Assembly: GCA_944387505.1 (NCBI GenBank)
Contig: CALXFG010000003.1
Location: forward strand, 751 to 64,750
Length of the DNA stretch: 64,000 nt
Direction: 5' to 3'
From: an uncultured Clostridia bacterium
Lineage (GTDB): Bacteria; Bacillota; Clostridia; TANB77; CAG-508
Translations under genes and position numbers: made by a program
In this document: positions 10,301 to 17,689 of the stretch, piece by piece
How the letters are laid out: every line of letters begins with the position of its first letter
Position numbering within the stretch: position 1 is the stretch's first letter
The notes under the pieces: generated by a model
What the model saw: the letters and a program-made list of their open reading frames with translations, nothing else
Database searches by the model: none
What the model was told of the DNA's origin: nothing

Positions 10301-10716
10301 ATTTCTTACAAGGGTTATTAGCAGGAATAAGAAATGGTTATATACAAAACCAAATAATTAATACAGCAAATTCACTTGGAAATAAAGTAAGCTCCGCAGC
10401 AGCAAAAAGCAGAGTAAGTACTTCTTCATTACCAGGGCATAAATCAGGACTAGATTATGTACCTTATGATGACTATGTAGCAAGGCTACATAAGGGGGAG
10501 CGTGTATTAACTGCAAAAGAAAATAAACAATTAATGAATACAGAAAAAGCAATTAAAAACAATTCAAATAGTAGTGATTTAGGCGCAGTGACAATAGATA
10601 TTGATTATGACAAAATGGCAAATGCAATAACAAAAGCATTAACAAATTGCAAATTTACTTTAGATGAAGATGGATTTGCAAAAATAGTAAAGGACGAGTT
10701 ATATAAGGTGGTGTAA
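7378..10716 (+). CDS. Tail tape measure protein
   Basis: 1112 aa with long coiled-coil regions, a Gly/hydrophobic central segment, and a position before Dit. Confidence 0.9.
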   Translation: MANELQKVGLVFTEEGAVDFKKTLQDINSELNKNYNQFRLTQSQWDSSTSSTEKLRASQEYLSNAYQIQQDRVNTLRMQLEELENSENKNTTAINKKRNELTKAEIKLQDYNSKLKEVDAQLNDSNQKLQQYGKKISDVSEKISDVGNKASVISAGVAAGGTILANNAMNLENAVAKYVSTTNTAENETEKYKQVLENINKNNYGEGYEDIADSMAQVTMQLKDLNEQDLQNITEKAIALRDLFGYDVSESVRAVKAMMDNLNVSADEAFNLIAEGKKQGLDFSNELLDNINEYSVQFGKLGLSAEDMFNIFKVGADNGAFNLDKIGDAVKEFSIRVIDGSNTTVDGFKRIGLNADKMAKKFANGGEEAKQAFIEVVNRLGSMDDKVSQSIAGVDLFGTMWEDLGPTVITSFSKMDNGISKSSDSMQKSIDQLYNTTKQKAETQLKRLQSLGADFGDEMLPVLEDLIDMAEGFIDKLEGMSDAEKENIVKIGLFVAGVGPLIKTMGTAGQVIGGVTQGIGTFTQAIGVATGKTTSSVTSVNNLASVFGKLSNPISLTTIIIGSLIAAYTAHHIAVTQEKASLEGLREEVENQSQSWQSLAETRNETLSGNLSEIENTSRLADELKKITEENGKVKQGYEDRAQVILNQLNSALGTEYTLNGNIINQYQELKNNIDQIIEKKKAEAVLNAYQQEYETAIKEQAEATKTLVGLKQQLADAANQMATGNAKERAEAQLLYSSIAQHIGEQTEIIGQYGKTIQDYENLQSASVSGNAQQLQEATQSMMTSYEEVKQASQQTIEEQINTQTEYMSVLKNSLIEAQKANDEYQSNILNSQLETEKQKLNNLVNSLVEQTSTIQELTPQQIDAWKKIADSSYIEYSNGLMRLPEETRNKIQESTGKIAHDTTMPNAAGNKATVVTDVFGRNLTIADKAREDISNTSNTFSRDTTVQNEAGKLGRDASNSFKNSAKGEQTGKNFLQGLLAGIRNGYIQNQIINTANSLGNKVSSAAAKSRVSTSSLPGHKSGLDYVPYDDYVARLHKGERVLTAKENKQLMNTEKAIKNNSNSSDLGAVTIDIDYDKMANAITKALTNCKFTLDEDGFAKIVKDELYKVV

Positions 10717-10717
10717 C

Positions 10718-11389
10718 ATGTTTAAGTTTAAAGGAATATCTAGTACAGATATGCAAGTAATAATTGAAGAAGAAGAACATTTTATAGCAAGAGCAGCGAA
10801 AAGGTATGAAGTAACAGAAATAGAAGGGCGAGATGGAGCAATATTTGATGAACTAGGTTATTCTTATGTTGAGAGACCAATTTATGTACAATGCCTAAAT
10901 ATTGATAAAATAGACGATATTCTTTCTTGGCTAGATGGAGAAGGAGAGCTTGAATATAAAGGAAGAAAAACAATAGCAAGATTTTATAGTAAATTAGAGC
11001 CACAAAGAGATACAATTATAAGGATAATTGATACAAATTTTATACGAGATCCATTTTGGACGAAAATTGAGGATAATTTTGTTACAGCTACAAACAATAT
11101 TGAAAATACAGGCAATATATACAGTAGACCAATACTAAGATTAGAAAAAACTGATTATGAAGACGTTGATATTGAAATAGCAGGAATAAGATTTCAATAT
11201 ACTTTTGAGGATGATGAATATGTTGAAATAGATTGTGAAGAAAAGACGGCATTATATGAAGGTTTAAATCGAAATAGACAATTGACTATAGGGTATGAAT
11301 TTCCAAAATTAAGCCCAGGGAATAATGTAGTTACAATAAAGGAAGGAGAATGCACAATAAAAGCTAAAAGAAAGGATAGATGGCTATGA
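10718..11389 (+). CDS. Distal tail protein (Dit)
   Basis: 223 aa immediately after the TMP, the typical siphovirus arrangement. Confidence 0.7.
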   Translation: MFKFKGISSTDMQVIIEEEEHFIARAAKRYEVTEIEGRDGAIFDELGYSYVERPIYVQCLNIDKIDDILSWLDGEGELEYKGRKTIARFYSKLEPQRDTIIRIIDTNFIRDPFWTKIEDNFVTATNNIENTGNIYSRPILRLEKTDYEDVDIEIAGIRFQYTFEDDEYVEIDCEEKTALYEGLNRNRQLTIGYEFPKLSPGNNVVTIKEGECTIKAKRKDRWL

Positions 11390-14298
11390 TAAAAATATTT
11401 GATGCAAATGACAAAGATTTTACTACGGCAGGTAATATAGTTATTAATCCTACAAAATGCTTGGAATACAAGAAAAAGTCTTTAAATGGTTGGTATATTG
11501 AAGTTGAAATACCAATTAAGTATAAAGATTATATAGAAAAAGATAAATTATGTGTCGTAAAAACAAAATCAAAATTAAATCCACAAGCTTTTAGAATTGG
11601 AAACGATATAAAAAAGACAAATCGAAAAATAACCTTTACAGCGAATCATGTAATGTTTGATGCACAGGATTATTTCTTAGTAGATGTAAGACCAACAAAT
11701 CAAAATGGACTAAATGCTCTAAATTATATAAACGATAGGACTGATAATGTCAGTCCTTTTACTATATATTCGAATGTTGAAAATGTAAATACTGCCTATT
11801 TTATTAGAAAAAATCTGTTAGAAGCATGGGCAACAATAGAAGAAAGATGGAATGGTGTTTTTGATGCAGATAACTGGAATATTAGTTTTTTACAAAGTGT
11901 TGGACACGATAATGGAGAAAGCATTATATACGGAAAAAATATGCAATCTATGGAAATTTATGAAGATTGGTCTAGTGTTGTAACTAGATTATATCCTGTG
12001 GGTTCAAATGAATTAATGTTACCAGAAAAATATATAGAAAGCGATGTGCAATACGAAAAGCCATATACAAGAACAGTAGAATTTCAAACAAAATTAGAAC
12101 AAGAAGAACAAACAGAAGAAGCATTAATAGAAGAATTAAGAACAAATGCTGAGGCATATATAGAAGAAAACAAATATCCTAAAGTAAGTTATACAACCAC
12201 CTCTGATATAAATGACGATATGGAAATAGGAGATACTATTCAAGTATTACATCCACTCGTCACTATACAAACAGAAGTCTTAGAATATCAATATGACATT
12301 ATATCTAAAAAAGTAAAATCTTTAACTTTTGGAAACTTTACAAGAGATGTAAAAGCTAAATTTGATAATATAAAAAATACTATAAATCAAATTGGACAAA
12401 CAGTATCAAATCAAGAAACAGTTATACAACAACAAACAAATTTAATCAATTCTTTAAATAAAAATGGATATGTGTATATAGATGATAATGAAATACTGAT
12501 TTTAGATAAAATACCAAAAGAAGAAGCAGAAAATGTATGGAGATTTGGTTTAGGTGGTATAGGTTTTAGTTCTAATGGTTATGAAGGTCCTTTTGAAGTG
12601 GCAATAACAATGGACGGACAAATAAATGCAGATTTCGTTACGACAGGAACAATGAACGTTAGTAGGATAGAAGGGTTAGCAAATATTATTTCTGATTACA
12701 ATGCACAAATTGCAGCAATAACTTTACAGTTAGGACAAATACAACAACAGGTTTCCAGTATGGAAGAATTTAGCCGAGAAGTAACAGGAACAAACGAAAT
12801 ACATTTAGAGAATACTGTTGAAGGGCAAGAATATGTATTAAATTTTAAAATAAAAGGAGATAGTGATAAATTTATTTATCTAACTCCAAGCAATACACTA
12901 GTACCTAGTAACACTTTGGTTCCATTGGGAGATCATTTTACTCTAGTATCTGATAAGCAGAATAGAAATTCAATAAGTGATGATGCTCAAATAATAGATG
13001 TCATATTAAGTGAACCATTAAGGAGTTTGAATGATGTATATGATGAGTTAAACATAGTTAATGGTAAAACAACTGTCACAAGGAGAATAGGCGTAGACGA
13101 AAATTTAAATCTATATGAATTAGACAATGAAGTAATAGAAAATCTACAAGATATATCTTTAAAAACTTTTGACGAAGATACTTATATTTATATAAAAGAG
13201 TACGAAGGATTAGAATATTCTGTAAAATATATAATAAAAAATGATTATATAGATATATTAGCTACAAAAGTAGAAATGAATACTGCAATTACTCAAACAG
13301 CAAATAGTATTACCAGCTCTGTTTCGGAAACATATGAAACAAAAGAAAATGCTCAAACTCGATATTCACAAATAAAACAAACAACTGATAATATCAGTTT
13401 AGAAGTAGGTAAAAAAGTAGATGATGAAGAATTAACTGGAGCGAATATTGCATTAAGAATAAATGGAGATACTAGCGAAGCTGCAATCAATGCTGATAAG
13501 ATAAATATAAATGGAGTTATTTCTGCAAATGGAAATTTTAAAGTTAATACTAATGGAACGTTAACAGCCATAAATGCTTATCTTTCAGGACTTCTTATAA
13601 ATGGAGGAAATCCACTAGAAAATGAATCAGGAACAATGATAGATAAAAATGGAAATATGTATTGCAGCAATTTAAGAATATATTCTAATATTGGCTTTAA
13701 TGGATTGCAAGTATTTGCAACTAATAATAATTGTAGAACAATAATAATAAACAACGGATTGCAAATATATCCAAATAACAATTCTTCAGAACGAACATTT
13801 GAAGCATTATATAGTGAAAATAACGGATATTCATACATAAGAATGCAAAGCGGACGAATACAAATTCAGAATGGAATTATCTTTTTAAATAACGGAGAGC
13901 TAAATGTTGGACATATCAACGCTTCAGGATATGGATATTTCAATGATTATGTAAGAGCTACTCAATTTGTAAATGCATCTCAAAAAGAGAAAAAGGAAAA
14001 CATAAAAAAATTAAAAGAATTAAAAATAAAACGAAAAGCACTTGACATAGTAAAGAATACAGATATTTGCGAATATAATTTCAAAGGAAGTAAACATAAA
14101 CAAATAGGGGTAATCATAGGAGACGGATATAATGCACCTGACGAAATATTAAGCGAAGATAAAAATGGTATAGATTTGTATAGCATGATTTCTAATCTTT
14201 ATAGAGCATTTCAAGAATATATAGAGGAACAAGAAGAAAAAATAAATAAATTGGAAGAAAAGTTGAAAAATTATGGAATGGATAAAGAAAATAGTTAA
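11386..14298 (+). CDS. Tail-associated lysin/tail fibre (Tal) with a C-terminal intramolecular-chaperone (S74-like) domain
   Basis: ATGA overlap with Dit. About 970 aa. The C-terminus (...KHKQIGVIIGDGYNAPDEILSEDKNGIDLYSMISNLYRAFQE + coiled coil) resembles auto-cleaving chaperone domains of tail fibres. Confidence 0.7.
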   Translation: MIKIFDANDKDFTTAGNIVINPTKCLEYKKKSLNGWYIEVEIPIKYKDYIEKDKLCVVKTKSKLNPQAFRIGNDIKKTNRKITFTANHVMFDAQDYFLVDVRPTNQNGLNALNYINDRTDNVSPFTIYSNVENVNTAYFIRKNLLEAWATIEERWNGVFDADNWNISFLQSVGHDNGESIIYGKNMQSMEIYEDWSSVVTRLYPVGSNELMLPEKYIESDVQYEKPYTRTVEFQTKLEQEEQTEEALIEELRTNAEAYIEENKYPKVSYTTTSDINDDMEIGDTIQVLHPLVTIQTEVLEYQYDIISKKVKSLTFGNFTRDVKAKFDNIKNTINQIGQTVSNQETVIQQQTNLINSLNKNGYVYIDDNEILILDKIPKEEAENVWRFGLGGIGFSSNGYEGPFEVAITMDGQINADFVTTGTMNVSRIEGLANIISDYNAQIAAITLQLGQIQQQVSSMEEFSREVTGTNEIHLENTVEGQEYVLNFKIKGDSDKFIYLTPSNTLVPSNTLVPLGDHFTLVSDKQNRNSISDDAQIIDVILSEPLRSLNDVYDELNIVNGKTTVTRRIGVDENLNLYELDNEVIENLQDISLKTFDEDTYIYIKEYEGLEYSVKYIIKNDYIDILATKVEMNTAITQTANSITSSVSETYETKENAQTRYSQIKQTTDNISLEVGKKVDDEELTGANIALRINGDTSEAAINADKININGVISANGNFKVNTNGTLTAINAYLSGLLINGGNPLENESGTMIDKNGNMYCSNLRIYSNIGFNGLQVFATNNNCRTIIINNGLQIYPNNNSSERTFEALYSENNGYSYIRMQSGRIQIQNGIIFLNNGELNVGHINASGYGYFNDYVRATQFVNASQKEKKENIKKLKELKIKRKALDIVKNTDICEYNFKGSKHKQIGVIIGDGYNAPDEILSEDKNGIDLYSMISNLYRAFQEYIEEQEEKINKLEEKLKNYGMDKENS

Positions 14299-14369
14299 AA
14301 AGCTAATCAAAATAGCGATTAGTTTTTTTATTTTGTGGTTTTTATATTTTATAAGAATGAGGTGAGAAA

Positions 14370-14756
14370 GTGGAAGAAGATGTTTATATAGAATTTAAAA
14401 ATGGACAAGCACCGTATATTAGTGACATAAATTTAAAACAGATGCAAAAATTGATTAAATCTGATATAAAAGAAAAACAAGCATTTAAATATATATTAGA
14501 AATTACAGAAGACAAAACCGCAGGACAAGAAATAACATTACCTTGTTATTATAAGGTCGGAGAAGAAGTACTAGATGTTTATTTAAATGGAGAACGTTTA
14601 ATTAGAAGCACAGACGAATCTGGAACAGATGGACATTATTGTGAAATAGGAGATACAGGAAGTATAAGCAACAAAATAAAAACTACAACAGACTGGAATC
14701 TAGAAACTGGAGATGTACTAGATTTAGTAGTAAGGGGGGAATATAATGGTACCTAA
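14370..14756 (+). CDS. Phage hypothetical protein (tail-fibre accessory region)
   Basis: GTG start after GAGGTGAG. 128 aa. Confidence 0.5.
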   Translation: MEEDVYIEFKNGQAPYISDINLKQMQKLIKSDIKEKQAFKYILEITEDKTAGQEITLPCYYKVGEEVLDVYLNGERLIRSTDESGTDGHYCEIGDTGSISNKIKTTTDWNLETGDVLDLVVRGEYNGT

Positions 14757-15174
14757 TTCATTGGAAAAAAGTGCATTAAAAGTATCAATCAAAGAATCTG
14801 TTACAGTTTCAGGACAAAGTGAGGAAACTTTAATACCAATGACAAAAATTCAAGAGCAAAATGGCAATGGTTTAAAAGTTTTAGCAGATGGAACTATACA
14901 AGCAACAAGAGATATGAATGTTTTTGCTAATGCATTAATAAATATTTATGTTTTATCAACAAATTTAAATAATGCAACAAGATTGTCTATTCAGGTAAAT
15001 AATAAAATAATATCTTCTGATCAACATTCATATTCGGCAGGATTTCATGTTATTTCTTATATAAAACTGAAAAAAAATGATATTATAAAATTAACTTTTA
15101 TTGATTTTAATGACGATATATCAAAAACAGGTTCAAATTTAAATACTAATCACATCGATATATTTGAAATATAA
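14746..15174 (+). CDS. Phage hypothetical protein
   Basis: 142 aa, overlapping the previous gene by 11 nt. Confidence 0.5.
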   Translation: MVPNSLEKSALKVSIKESVTVSGQSEETLIPMTKIQEQNGNGLKVLADGTIQATRDMNVFANALINIYVLSTNLNNATRLSIQVNNKIISSDQHSYSAGFHVISYIKLKKNDIIKLTFIDFNDDISKTGSNLNTNHIDIFEI

Positions 15175-15192
15175 AAAATAAGGAGGATAAAA

Positions 15193-15255
15193 ATGAAAAC
15201 AATAAATCCTGAAAGCCTTACGGCTGTACACACACACACACACACACACTTATAA
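15193..15255 (+). CDS. Leader ORF 1 (20 codons, MKTINPESLTAVHTHTHTHL) containing the (CA)10 tract
   Basis: AGGAGG (15181-15186) lies 6 nt before ATG 15193, with TAA at 15253-15255. Confidence 0.5.
   Translation: MKTINPESLTAVHTHTHTHL
15229..15248. repeat. Perfect dinucleotide microsatellite (CA)10
   Basis: Read directly: cacacacacacacacacaca, flanked by gta...ctt. Confidence 0.98.
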
Positions 15256-15282
15256 TCTAAAAAAGAAAAGAGGTGTTATATA

Positions 15283-15606
15283 ATGATACCTCTTTGTAAA
15301 AAAGATAAAGAAAATCTAAATGATTTAGAACAAAAATATAATAGCATAAAACAATTTACAAACAGTATATATGCAAATAATGGAAAAATAGAAATATCTA
15401 CTACTAATGGAACATTTTTAGTTTGGATTGTAACATCAGGAGGAGGACAAACACCATCACTTGTATTAATAAGCGTAGAAAATAGTGGAAATATGCAATA
15501 TTGGGGACAAGGTGGCATGCATAATGCTCCTACATATTCAAATGGAAAAATAACAATAACAACAAAAAATCAGTATTTCCGTTACGGATATATAAAATTA
15601 AATTAA
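15283..15606 (+). CDS. Phage hypothetical protein (107 aa, MIPLCK N-terminus), cargo 1
   Basis: ORF with its SD GAGGTG buried in a stem 15267-15276/15286-15295. Confidence 0.65.
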   Translation: MIPLCKKDKENLNDLEQKYNSIKQFTNSIYANNGKIEISTTNGTFLVWIVTSGGGQTPSLVLISVENSGNMQYWGQGGMHNAPTYSNGKITITTKNQYFRYGYIKLN

Positions 15607-15625
15607 TAGATAAGGAGAAAGTAAA

Positions 15626-15691
15626 ATGAAAGAAAGACGTAAAATCCTTGATACTCTAAGAGAGAGAGAGAGCTACACTTTACTAAAATAA
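15626..15691 (+). CDS. Leader ORF 2 (21 codons, MKERRKILDTLRERESYTLLK) containing the (AG)7 tract
   Basis: AAGGAG (15612-15617) lies upstream of ATG 15626, with TAA at 15689-15691. Confidence 0.5.
   Translation: MKERRKILDTLRERESYTLLK
15659..15672. repeat. Perfect dinucleotide microsatellite (AG)7
   Basis: Read directly: agagagagagagag. Confidence 0.98.
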
Positions 15692-15713
15692 TAAAAAGCA
15701 AGGAGGTGTTGAG

Positions 15714-16061
15714 ATGATACCTCTTTGTAAACAAAATAAGTCAGAAAAAATCTTAGACACAACAAATGAAGAATATAATATCGAGATAAAAGCATATAAA
15801 TCTGGAAAAGTAATTATGGTAACATTATATACAATGAATTTAATTAAACAATTAAATCAAGGTGCAGTAAATGCTTTAATTGCACAATTAGGTGAAGAAA
15901 ATGGAGCAGTTGAAAGCTATAGAAAAATAATTCAATCATCAAGAGGAGAAATATTTAGTATTAGATGTGAATCTAATGGAAATATATATATAGCTTATGC
16001 ATATAATAATATTTCAAAATCAAGCCAAATAGCAGGAAATTTAACATACATAGCAAAATAA
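15714..16061 (+). CDS. Phage hypothetical protein (115 aa, MIPLCK N-terminus), cargo 2
   Basis: ORF with its SD GGAGGTG buried in a stem 15700-15709/15717-15726. A terminator hairpin follows at 16090-16125. Confidence 0.65.
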   Translation: MIPLCKQNKSEKILDTTNEEYNIEIKAYKSGKVIMVTLYTMNLIKQLNQGAVNALIAQLGEENGAVESYRKIIQSSRGEIFSIRCESNGNIYIAYAYNNISKSSQIAGNLTYIAK

Positions 16062-16139
16062 AAAAGGATAAAAAATAATATTAAAAATAATAGCATATAT
16101 GTTGCTATTATTTTTTTAGACTGTTTATAGGAGGATAAG

Positions 16140-16442
16140 ATGTTAGAGTCTATTGGAGTTTATATAGCAACAACAATTATAGGAGCAATATTAGGATTTA
16201 TTGCTGCTAAATACAAAAAAAACAAGAAAAAAGATTTAGCAATAGAGCAAGGGGTACAAGCTTTGCTCAGAAATGAAATAATACGAAGATATCGAGAATT
16301 TGAGAGTAAAGGTGAAATATCTATACTAGATCAAGAAAACTTAGATGAAATGTTTATACAGTATCAAAACCTTGGAGGAAATGGTACAGTTAAAAAAATG
16401 ATGAATGATTTATATGAATTAAAAACAAAAATTGTAAGATAG
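16140..16442 (+). CDS. Phage membrane protein of the lysis module (N-terminal TM, possible holin partner)
   Basis: SD AGGAGG. TM IGVYIATTIIGAILGFIAA followed by a basic stretch. Located directly before the holin. Confidence 0.5.
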   Translation: MLESIGVYIATTIIGAILGFIAAKYKKNKKKDLAIEQGVQALLRNEIIRRYREFESKGEISILDQENLDEMFIQYQNLGGNGTVKKMMNDLYELKTKIVR

Positions 16443-16454
16443 GAGGGATTAAAG

Positions 16455-16658
16455 ATGTCTAATAAAGTATATGATGTCTTAAAATGGATTACATTAGTAT
16501 TTTTACCAGCATTAACAACTTTAACAGGTGTAATTTTAAATTGTTTTAATGTAGGTTGTACAGATATAGTTTTAACAATTATGACAGCCGTAACAACTTT
16601 TATGGGAGCAATCTTAGGAATATCTAATATTAATTATAATAAAAACAAGGAGGAATAA
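16455..16658 (+). CDS. Holin (phi LC3 / Dp-1-like small two-TM type)
   Basis: 67 aa. The pattern YDVLKWITLVFLPALTTL...TAVTTFMGAILGIS is typical of this holin family, and it sits immediately upstream of the endolysin. Confidence 0.75.
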   Translation: MSNKVYDVLKWITLVFLPALTTLTGVILNCFNVGCTDIVLTIMTAVTTFMGAILGISNINYNKNKEE

Positions 16659-16661
16659 ACA

Positions 16662-17336
16662 GTGAATTACAGTGAATTTATCAATGAATATAATGGAAAA
16701 TCTTTTGATTATGATGGAGTTTCAGGAGTTCAATGCGTAGATTTAATCAAAATGTATTTGAATAAAGTATTTGGATTAAATCCAGGTGCTTGGGGAAATG
16801 CTAAAGATTACTATGAAAATTTTAATAATTTACCATTAAAAAATAGTTTTGATAGAATAGCAAATACTCCAGAATTTGTACCACAAAAAGGAGATATTGC
16901 AGTATGGGGTACAGGACTTGGTAATACATATGGACATGTAGCAATAGCTACAGGAGAAGGAAATACATCTAATTTCTATACATACGATTTAAATTGGAAT
17001 GGTAAAATAGTTCATAAAGTAAATCATACATATAAAGGATTTTTAGGAGTATTAAGACCAAAAGACCAATCTAAAATTGGTACAGAAACAGTAGTAGAAA
17101 ATAATTCTAATAAGGAGGAATTTGATATGCCAAAAACATGGAAAAATGGAAGTACAAATGAAGATGTTTACGCAGATACAGATATGACTAAAAAAATAGG
17201 AACTATATATCCAAGAGGAGAAGCAGATTGCTATGGAGTTGTAGACGGAAAATATTTAGTTTGCTATAATATCTATAGTGGAAATACAGTAGCAAATAGA
17301 AAAACTGGATTCGTTAAATATAACGGTGGTTTATAA
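16662..17336 (+). CDS. Endolysin: N-terminal CHAP domain plus a C-terminal SH3-like wall-binding domain
   Basis: CHAP catalytic context GVQCVDLIK (Cys) and YGHVAIATG (His). GTG start. Last gene before the terminator. Confidence 0.85.
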   Translation: MNYSEFINEYNGKSFDYDGVSGVQCVDLIKMYLNKVFGLNPGAWGNAKDYYENFNNLPLKNSFDRIANTPEFVPQKGDIAVWGTGLGNTYGHVAIATGEGNTSNFYTYDLNWNGKIVHKVNHTYKGFLGVLRPKDQSKIGTETVVENNSNKEEFDMPKTWKNGSTNEDVYADTDMTKKIGTIYPRGEADCYGVVDGKYLVCYNIYSGNTVANRKTGFVKYNGGL

Positions 17337-17342
17337 AATTCA

Positions 17343-17382
17343 AGAGCTAGATTAGATTAATTTCTAGTCTAGCTCTTTTTTG
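17343..17382 (+). terminator. Rho-independent terminator ending the lysis module
   Basis: AGAGCTAGATTAG ... CTAGTCTAGCTCT followed by TTTTTT. Confidence 0.8.
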
Positions 17383-17502
17383 CGTTATATGGCTAAAATC
17401 AAGGGATGTAAGTATATTGCTTAAAAATAAAAAAGGCTAAAAACGCAAAATAAAAGGTCGATTTTTGATTGATATTTCAAAGAAAAATAGGATTTTAAAA
17501 AT

Positions 17503-17531
17503 TTGCATTTTGTGAAAATTTGTGGTATAAT
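17503..17531 (+). promoter_or_regulatory. Promoter P1 (TTGCAT-17-TGgTATAAT)
   Basis: -35 at 17503-17508 and an extended -10 at 17523-17531. Confidence 0.5.
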
Positions 17532-17625
17532 ATTGACAGAAACAGGAAGAAATGTTACAATTCTATTACAAAAATATTACAAAAAGAGCATATATTACAG
17601 TTATATGAAGTCTTTGTAATATTTA

Positions 17626-17656
17626 TTGACACTAAAGAATAGATATTATATATAAT
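17626..17656 (+). promoter_or_regulatory. Promoter P2 (TTGACA ... TATATAAT), directed antisense into the 3' end of the small minus-strand ORF
   Basis: TTGACA at 17626-17631 and a TATATA/TATAAT box at 17649-17656. Confidence 0.5.
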
Positions 17657-17689
17657 ATTTAAATAAAAAAAGAATAAGAGCCGAAGCTC

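Larger units (their letters stand above)
1..17382 (+). mobile_element. Prophage, late (packaging/head/tail/lysis) region. The left part lies outside the window and the right boundary is approximate.
   Basis: Collinear plus-strand order terminase-portal-protease-capsid-connectors-tail-TMP-Dit-Tal-holin-endolysin, ending at a strong terminator at 17343-17382. Confidence 0.9.

Noticed and set aside
11386-15174. Diversity-generating retroelement or shufflon acting on the tail-fibre genes
   Set aside because: There is no reverse transcriptase, no template/variable repeat pair, and no invertase or inverted-repeat cassettes. Only a short in-frame SNTLVP duplication (about 12890-12925) was seen.
15217-15256. 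Alternative reading of the (CA)10 tract as a promoter-spacer length switch. TATAAT at 15251-15256 follows the tract, and TTGATA at 15646-15651 precedes the (AG)7 tract.
   Set aside because: This is not excluded, but it is weaker. No good -35 lies at a workable distance in module 1, and the spacer in module 2 would be 20 or 30 nt. The leader-ORF coupling explains more of the observed features. It is kept as a secondary hypothesis in the tests proposed.
15193-15606. Idea that changing the microsatellite length fuses each leader ORF in frame to the downstream MIPLCK protein (classical intragenic phase variation)
   Set aside because: I checked all three frames in both modules. Each frame hits a stop at or before the downstream start codon, so no fusion protein is possible. 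Only the stop/start overlaps (TAATG, ATGA) are achieved.
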